Assembly: GCF_001194135.2 (NCBI RefSeq) | Contig: NC_068986.1 | Location: 47,059,391 to 47,100,589, forward strand | From: Octopus bimaculoides | Lineage: Eukaryota | Direction of reading: 5' to 3' | DNA: 41,199 bases | Part shown: positions 33,790 to 41,199 of the stretch, in pieces | Position numbering within the stretch: the stretch's first letter is position 1 | Layout: each line of letters begins with the position of its first letter | Position numbers and translations under genes: made by a program | Notes under the pieces: model-generated | The model's input: only the letters and a program-made list of their open reading frames with translations | What the model was told of the DNA's origin: nothing | Database searches by the model: none

Positions 33790-33880
33790 AAAATAATGAA
33801 ATGTGTGGGAAGCTCGTCAACAGAATGTTACATTAAACCTTAAAGAAATGTCTGGGTAAAGTTTGAATAAATGCCAATTA

Positions 33881-35334
33881 TTAATTTGTGTATGCAGTTG
33901 AGTACCACGGTCCTGAAGATCGATGACTACTATGGTCATAGGAAGGAGTATTATTACCATTGTTCATATGACTATAATGGGTATACTCTGAGGATGTTGG
34001 GATGTATGGACCAGAAGCTTGAAATCCTGTAGATTTTGTATGATCATATTCAAGGTTTTGAGGTGAGGTGACAGTTAATGTATAGCCAGCTTGTGGTTTG
34101 ACAGGTATACGCTGGATTGCAGAATTGTCGGCTGGAAGACTTGTACATTGAGTGGTACTATCCACATAGCTAACATCGGTGAAGGGTGAGTGCAATTTGT
34201 CTTGAGGAGAGACAGAAGATGGGGGTGTGATGCTGTAAGAGTCTGACATAGCATTACAAGACATAGAAACGGTTAATGGAGTGGATGCATATGTAGAAGC
34301 AGCATACTGTGTATCTTGGTTGATTGGAGCCTTGCTTCCATTTGGCATTGATGACATTGATGCATTTGTTGGATCTTTATAGCCACCGTCACCACTAGGT
34401 GGCGTTAGCATACTTACAGGAATGTCATTATAACATTGTGGACGACTGCTTCGAATGACGGATTCTCGATTGGCAAAAATTGACCTCAGAAGATTTGAAG
34501 CAGGAAGAGAATCCGATGCATTCTGATGAGATCCAATCCATTGTATTGTTGGCTTGTGACGTGACTGATAACGGTTATTCATTTCTCCATTCATATTGGA
34601 ATCAGGATTTTCCGTAATTGTTGGCAGGTGCCGGTTCATCACATCTTCTAAGTCTTTAACCGAGGTGTGTTGGTGTGAGAAGTCAGGAGTGTTACTTTCA
34701 ACAGTATTTGTCCAATCTGATGTACAATCTCTATTAGATGTTGAATTTGGTAAATGTGAATTCTGAACTGGAGAGTGAACTATAGTCACTGATTTTGTTG
34801 ATAAGTCTTCAGGTATTGGAGATGAAATGTTAGCTGTTAGTTTCTCTTGATTTCTCATTGACATAGCCACATTTGATTTTATGTGATTCATCTCCCCTGA
34901 ATTATTTTTGTTGTCATCAATGCTACTGATGAGACGAGTGATCTTACTGTCCATATCTTTATGGTCACTAAGAAATTCATCCTCCAAATAGTTATCTTCA
35001 ATGGTTTCATTTTCTCGACGACGTTTTCTTGGCTTTTCTGCTTTGCGTCTCGAATTTTTGTTGTCCAGTTTAATTGTTTCATTGCCTTTGTCAATAAACA
35101 TGGAGCAGTTGTCGTTGACCTCATTCTGGTCATTGTTATTGTTGGATAATTTGGATTGTACCCCTGTAAAGAGAGCTTCAGACTCTTGACTCACTGACTG
35201 CTTATCATAATGACCTTCTATATTATTCTGATTATTAGCAGACATTGTAGAAGAGGGTTTCATGGAAATGGATTGTGAGCTAATTCCACCTTGATTATCA
35301 TTTTTATGACTTTTATCTTTCGTTTTCCGACAGT
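33881..35334 (-). CDS. trh: Trachealess/NPAS1/3-like bHLH-PAS factor, terminal coding exon (disordered N/S/P-rich C-terminus with NLS KPRKRRRE)
   Basis: tttttccag|AC acceptor at 35335-35336. Phase 1 continues DCRKTKDK...SIS into the 460-aa ORF 33881..35263, which ends in TAA. Contains VKDLEDVMNRHLP, TIQWIG and LLRSIFANRESVIR blocks. Confidence 0.9.
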
Positions 35335-35499
35335 CTGGAAAAAGAGAAAAAAGAAAAAAACAGGCAATTTTGAAAGAACTTCAAAAAATTAAAAAGGAAA
35401 ATATTAACCACTAATCTTATATATGGTATTAGACATTCTAAGCACTATTTCAAGAGAGAAAAAAGGAAGACCAACAGATAGAATTTAACAATATGCTTA

Positions 35500-35970
35500 T
35501 TGCTTGCCAACTGTATGAAGATCTGGTTGTACCAAGGTATTGTCCCACTAAGAGCAGTCTATGCAGGAGAAACTTGGAAAATGACTGCCCTCCCAGATGT
35601 TGAATGCATTTCATCAATTGTGTCTATGTAGAATACTCAAGATCCCCAATAGGTACAGAACCACAAACATTAAAGTCTCTAGAAGAACCAATCTGCACAG
35701 TTTGCAGAAAATTGTGATGGAAAGAAGAGTGAGACTTGCGAGTCATGTTTTCCAACTGCAAGAAGGACAAACACCTAAGCTAGCTTTTGTACCAGGAGAG
35801 GTACAAAGAAAAAGAAAGAGACCCAAGAGGACATGGTGTGTCACCTTCAAAGAAGGTCTTAAGCCATTTAGTATCACATGGGAAGATACAGGCAACTATG
35901 CTAAAAGCCAAGAATATTGGAGCCATCTTGCTGCCCAGTATACAGGTCGACAGTTCAGGAGGAACTATGA
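35500..35970 (+). mobile_element. RTE-clade LINE 3' fragment in a trh intron, antisense to the gene
   Basis: LNAFHQLCLCRILKI...TNIKVSRR...RRVRLASHVFQL...RKRPKRTWCVTFKEGL (LxxFHxRCLRxIL / RRxRxAGHV / GRPKxTW pattern). Confidence 0.85.
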
Positions 35971-36128
35971 CTATTGCTTGCCAGATAACTAAGTTATCAA
36001 TTACACTGCTATTTTAATTGCACTATGTTTCAAATCATTTGTGTATCTTTCTCATCATCTTCGAATTTGTCAATCAGAATTCAAAATCTCATTTCTAAAG
36101 ACATGGAAGTCAGTAAAGATCTATATAC

Positions 36129-36241
36129 CTATATCTGTATCTTGGTTGATTTGGTCTTTGAGACTGCTAGTGTTTGAACTCATTCCAGTTACATTCTTTA
36201 GCTGACTTGTGTCAAAAACACAGTTACCACATTCCAAACCA
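36129..36241 (-). CDS. trh: trh-like exon (113 nt): (S)GLECGNCVFDTSQLKNVTGMSSNTSSLKDQINQDTDI(D)
   Basis: ttttgcag| acceptor and G|gtatat donor. Phase 2/1 links both neighbouring exons without a stop. The DxxQL post-PAC motif is present. Confidence 0.85.
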
Positions 36242-36399
36242 CTGCAAAATAGAAAACATTTGTTTAGAAATAGAAGAATATAAGAATTGTTGTATTTTTG
36301 AGAGGAACATTTTGGCAATAAAAACACAACTGTGACCTTTTCAATGAGAACTCATTGAAAAGGTTACAGTATTATATGGCAAAACATTTGACCAATGAA

Positions 36400-37050
36400 T
36401 CAAATAATAATGGCATTAAATCTTGGTACAAAGTCAGCAGTTTTTAGCGGAGTGGGTAAGTTGATTGTATCAATCCCACTGCTCATCTGGGACTTATTTT
36501 ATCAATCTCAAATGGATGAAAGGCAATATTGACCATGGCAGAATTTGAACAAAGAATGTAAAGAGTCAAAAGAAATGCTGTTAAGCATTCTACCCAAAGT
36601 GCTAATGACTTCCCCAGTATGTGGCCTTTAATGGTTTCAAATTTTAGCACAAAAGCAGCAGTTTTAGGGGAGAGGAATAGTTGATTACATCAACTCCTAT
36701 TTCTTTCTTGGCTACAAGGGGCTAAACATAGAGGGGACAAACAAGGACAGACAAAGGGATTAAGTCGATTACATCAACCCCAGTGCGTAACTGGTACTTA
36801 ATTTATCGACCCCGAAAGGATGAAAGGCAAAGTCGACCTCAGCGGAATTTGAACTCAGAACGTAGCGGCAGACGAAATACCGCTAAGCATTTTGCCTGTC
36901 GTGCTAGCGTTTCTGCCAGCTCACCGCCCTCCAATGTTCATCTAGTACATATCTTATTGACCGTAAAGGATAAAAGGCATAGTTATCCTCAGTGGGATTT
37001 GAACTCAGAACGTAAAGAGTCAGGAGAAATGTTGCAAAGCATTCTACCAA
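36400..37050 (-). mobile_element. Cluster of stacked tRNA-derived SINE copies
   Basis: Repeated GAATTTGAAC(T/A)CAGAACGTA...; the best copy is 36730-36930 (GAAAGGATGAAAGGCAAAGTCGACCTCAGCGGAATTTGAACTCAG). Confidence 0.75.
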
Positions 37051-37089
37051 TCCTCTACACTAATGCATCAATTAGTAAGAAGTGTTAAT

Positions 37090-37323
37090 TAACCATCACT
37101 ATCCTTTTAATGTCCATTTTTCTATGTTGGCATGAGTCAGATGAAATTTGTTGAGGCAAATTTCTTCAGATAGATCCCTTTACTGTTGCCAACTCTCACC
37201 TGTTTCAAGTAAGGGAATATTTATCCCTAGTTGTACATGTTTCCATGGAAAATTGGAAACAAAGGCCACCGCTTGTATGATAGAGATGTTCGTTTATAGC
37301 CATCACATAATGCCAAGTCAAGG

Positions 37324-37371
<48 letters not shown>

Positions 37372-37510
37372 ATGACTGGCTTCTTTCAGTTTCTGTCTAC
37401 AAAATCTACTTACTAGTTTTTCGTTGACCTGCAGGTACAGTAGAAGACATTTAATCTAGATACCATACAGTGGGACTAAACCTGAGACCTTGGGGTTGGG
37501 AAATAAACTT
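37090..37510 (-). mobile_element. SINE with (CA)n tract (head ~37375-37510, tail ~37090-37320)
   Basis: Reverse complement resembles 3709-4107. Confidence 0.65.
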
Positions 37511-38003
37511 CTTAATTTCTTTATAACAAGTGTTTTTATTTATAAAATGGTCCTCCCAAAATACAATGATATTTGTTTCAACACACTTTCACATCAAGAA
37601 CCTTGCAGGGGGTGGGGGGAGGGAAAGAAAGCTAATTTAGATTTATAAGTGGTTTATGGAAAATGGAGAATATCAAATTTCTAGAAAGAACTTGGAATGA
37701 CCTTGTCATAGTAAAATAAGTGAATGTGGATTAGAATAGTTTACAACAATCCCCTAAAGACAGGGGTGAGACTTGAGATCATTTGAGGAGGAAGTTGTAA
37801 TTTTTATTATTGTTTAACCCCAGGTTAGATCTGAGTAAGTGAGATCTATAACCAAAACTTTGCTTTTCAGCTTTTTGGGGGCCAATAAAAAAAAGAGCCA
37901 ATCAAGGGTTGTGGATTGGTAGAATTGTAAGACTTTTAGGCAAGATGTCTTGAGGTATTTGTTCTGGTTCTTTGTGATCTGAGTTCAAATCCTATCATGC
38001 GCA

Positions 38004-38051
<48 letters not shown>

Positions 38052-38805
38052 CACACGCACTCACACACACGTGCACACACACACACACACACATATCTGA
38101 TGGGACTTCTTTCATTTTCCATCTCCTAAATTTTGTAGCCAAACTGATTAAAATAATATTAATCATTGAGCTAATTGTGTTTTTTTTTTCCTCATCACAT
38201 AATTATTTCAAATTGTATTTCTGATGATTGTTACTTTTAAAGGGCTTACACCCAGTAAAGTATTGTTGAGAGTAGTTTGGAAAAGGAATAGGCTTATCCA
38301 GATTGATTTCCCCCATTTGCATTGTATGAAGTGGAAGTCTTCAGATGTGCCTCACTATCCAATGGATTATGGGGATCACCATATCTGTAAACGGTTAATG
38401 TGTAATCATGAGTTCAAATCCCTTCACTGCCATATCCTTGTTCTTCTGGGCAAAGTGCATGACACTGTTCACTTCAGTTCCTCTTAACTGACAATAGGTT
38501 CAGTTCTTTCTTCATGGATGAGTGATTATTGGTGTAACCAATCAGCTAACTCAGCAGCTAGATGGTTGGTTTAATTTGTTAGAAACAGCAGCTAAATCTC
38601 ACTTCAAAAGCATTCTACTGTTATGAAAAGGAAGTGCAATCTTATGTATGCAATATTTGTGAGAATAAAATGGTTATGGCTGGATTAACTTTGATCATAA
38701 GTGTGCTCAGTAGAGCTGATCTAGAAATAAACTGAACTCAGGTTAAATGAAAACACATAACTCTTGTACTGTTTTTTTTTACTTGCTATATTGCTATGGT
38801 GTGGA

Positions 38806-39145
38806 GGCGCAATGACCCAGTGGTTAGGGCAGCGGACTCGCGGTCATAGGATCGTAGTTTTGATTCCCAGAGCAGGCGTTGTGAGTGTTTATTGAGCGAA
38901 AACACCTAAAGCTCCACGAGGCTCCGGAAGGGGATGGTGGCGTACCCTGCTGTACTCTTTCACCACAACTTTCTCTCACTCTTACTTTCTGTTTCTGTTG
39001 TGCCTGTAATTCAAAGGGTCAGCCTTGTCACACACTGTGTCACGCTGAATATCCCCGAGAACTACGTTAAGGGTACACGTGTCTGTGGAGTGCTCTGCCA
39101 CTTGCACGTTAATTTCATGAGCAGGCTGTTCCGTTGATCGGATCA
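38806..39145 (+). mobile_element. Young tRNA-derived SINE, cut by the gap
   Basis: GGAGGCGCAATGACCCAGTGGTTAGGGCAGCGGACTCGCGGTCATAGGATCGTAGTTTTGATTCCC tRNA-like head; retains CpGs; 3' part matches 23640-23770. Confidence 0.75.
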
Positions 39146-39535
39146 NNNNNNNNNNNNNNNNNNNNNNNNNNNNNNNNNNNNNNNNNNNNNNNNNNNNNNN
39201 NNNNNNNNNNNNNNNNNNNNNNNNNNNNNNNNNNNNNNNNNNNNNNNNNNNNNNNNNNNNNNNNNNNNNNNNNNNNNNNNNNNNNNNNNNNNNNNNNNNN
39301 NNNNNNNNNNNNNNNNNNNNNNNNNNNNNNNNNNNNNNNNNNNNNNNNNNNNNNNNNNNNNNNNNNNNNNNNNNNNNNNNNNNNNNNNNNNNNNNNNNNN
39401 NNNNNNNNNNNNNNNNNNNNNNNNNNNNNNNNNNNNNNNNNNNNNNNNNNNNNNNNNNNNNNNNNNNNNNNNNNNNNNNNNNNNNNNNNNNNNNNNNNNN
39501 NNNNNNNNNNNNNNNNNNNNNNNNNNNNNNNNNNN
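39146..39535. other. Assembly gap
   Basis: N run. Confidence 1.
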
Positions 39536-39805
39536 AAATTGACACATTTTTTTTCTAATATATTTTCAGAATAGCATTTCATTAACATTTCTCATTCTCT
39601 CTATGCCCACCACAGAAAAACAAAATTCTGAAAAAAAAAAAAAAAAACCGAAAGAGTCAGTTAATACATTTCACGACCATTAGAATTCCATCTTTCTTCA
39701 CCGCACATAAACTTATTCAAAATTAGAAAATTTAGTATTTGAAAGTTTTATATTAGTGATTAATCACAGCAGTCTAGTTAATTTAGCAAGTAATTAATTA
39801 CAAAC

Positions 39806-39953
39806 CTTATTATATAATTGATAGCTATAATGTTCTGATCATCCAAGTTCTTAGCATTACAGATGGTTGTAGCACATGTTTGAATCCAATAATAACCTCC
39901 ATGTTTATTCATTAGCCGGTAGTAATCAGTACATACTTGACCTTTTGACAGTA
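39806..39953 (-). CDS. trh: trh/NPAS1/3-like PAS-B/PAC exon (148 nt): LSKGQVCTDYYRLMNKHGGYYWIQTCATTICNAKNLDDQNIIAINYII(S); bHLH/PAS-A exons lie right of the window
   Basis: Long pyrimidine tract + ttttag| acceptor and AG|gtttgt donor. Matches Trh (KGQVLTGYYRLMNKSGGYTWLQTCAT..C..KNADEQNII) and NPAS3 better than SIM (NSRSSRPHCIV), from recalled sequences. Confidence 0.92.
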
Positions 39954-40014
39954 CTAAAAGAGAAGAAAAAAAAACACACATATATATAAATGTATATATT
40001 TTATTCTTTTAATC

Positions 40015-40245
40015 TTTTACTTGCTTCAGTCATTTGACTCTGGCCATGCTGGAGCACTGCCTTTAGTTGAGGACTTATTCTTTGTAAGTTTAGTACTTAT
40101 TCTGTTGTTCTCTTATGCCGAACCACTAAGTTACGGGACATAAACACACCAGTATTGGTTGTCAAGCAATGTTTGGGAGACAAACACAGACACACAAATA
40201 CAAACACACACACACACACACACACATACAAACACATACACATAT

Positions 40246-40285
<40 letters not shown>

Positions 40286-40290
40286 GACAG
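40015..40290 (-). mobile_element. OK/OR-type SINE 3' part with microsatellite
   Basis: Homologous to 3200-3450. Confidence 0.75.
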
Positions 40291-40903
40291 AAAGGACAAC
40301 AAAAAAAGAAAGAGACCTCAATATTATGCAAATAGAGGAATTTATCTGTAAAAATATGTGACACTTATTCAGAAGCCATGATAAAACTCCGAGTTTCGGA
40401 TGCCAGGGTGAGAGCCCATGCCAACATCTCTTCAGTTATCCGGCCATTGAAAATTCCTGTGAAAAATGACTGTTAAAAACAAAGGGAAATTACTGTGTAG
40501 TGACAAGGTAAAAACGCATCTAAAACTGCATATATTATCGCATGCACGCATATATCCATATACACATGCACATATCTCTATATACGCACATATATATCTA
40601 CATACGCACGCATCCACGCGCACACTCACAAGCACGCACATATAAAGTTCCTTGTACGTGTCCATAGGCGTACAGGAAAAAACAGGGTGGTGGGGAGAAA
40701 ACAGAAAAATATGTGTGGAAAAAATACAAAAACATTAACCCTATAATTATGTAAAAAACATGAAAATAATTTTAAAAATATAAAAATATAAAATCCAAGT
40801 AAAAAAGGTGAAAAGCTTATACATAGACACAATATAGAAACCTATCAGTACAGTCCCATCAGCAGGTCCTATCAGTAAAAAATATTAAAAAAATATATAA
40901 GAA

Positions 40904-41199
40904 ATCATCATCATCATCATCATCATCATCGTTTAACATCCGCTTTCCATGCTAGCATGGGTTGGACGATTTGACTGAGGACTGGTGAAACCAGATGGCA
41001 ACACCAGGCTCCAATCTAAATTTGGCAGAGTTTCTACAGCTGGATGCCCTTCCTAACGCCAACCACTCAGAGAGTGTAGTAGGTGCTTTTACGTGTCACC
41101 CGCACGAAGGCCAGTCAGGCGATACTGGCAACGGCTACGCTCGAAATGGTGTCTTTTATGTGCCACCCGCACAAGAGCCAGTCCAGGGGCACTGGCAAC
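40904..41199 (-). mobile_element. Young (GAT)n-family SINE; 5' end cut by the window edge
   Basis: (CAT)n tail then GTTTAACATCCGCTTTCCATGCTAGCATGG...; reverse complement of 40-299 with few differences. Confidence 0.85.

Noticed and set aside
33881-35263. The 460-aa ORF as an intronless orphan gene
   Set aside because: The frame extends to a good acceptor at 35335 and splices in phase to the PAS/PAC exons, so it is the trh terminal exon.
38806-38880. tRNA gene, also considered at 11405-11480 and other SINE heads
   Set aside because: No complete cloverleaf, and each head continues into a shared SINE body.

Overview
AT-rich, repeat-dense eukaryotic genomic DNA. It is very probably an octopus (coleoid cephalopod), an inference from the SINE families, the RTE-type LINEs and the (AT)n/(CA)n microsatellites. 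There are four N-gaps. Two spliced protein-coding genes lie in tandem on the minus strand, and both run off the window. (1) Left: the 5' part of an RDH13-like short-chain dehydrogenase/reductase. It has a probable 5'UTR exon near 6856-7000 and coding exons 4866-4954, 2936-3054, 2237-2392, 1745-1849 and 730-939, all GT-AG and in phase. The cofactor-binding motifs are intact, but the catalytic YxxxK reads FxxxH, making it a candidate pseudoenzyme and the most striking observation here. (2) Right: the 3' part of a trachealess/NPAS1/3-type bHLH-PAS transcription factor, with exons 39806-39953, 36129-36241 and 33881-35334. The ~27 kb between the genes is mostly decayed transposons: a Hsmar1-like mariner, a Penelope-like element, R4/Dong-like, CRE-like and RTE LINEs, many SINEs and MITEs. 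It also holds several long fold-back palindromes and candidate regulatory clusters (a perfect DR1, paired RFX X-boxes, inverted CCAAT boxes). Most ORF-track entries are microsatellite, gap or TE artefacts. Repeat boundaries are approximate unless TIRs or TSDs are cited.
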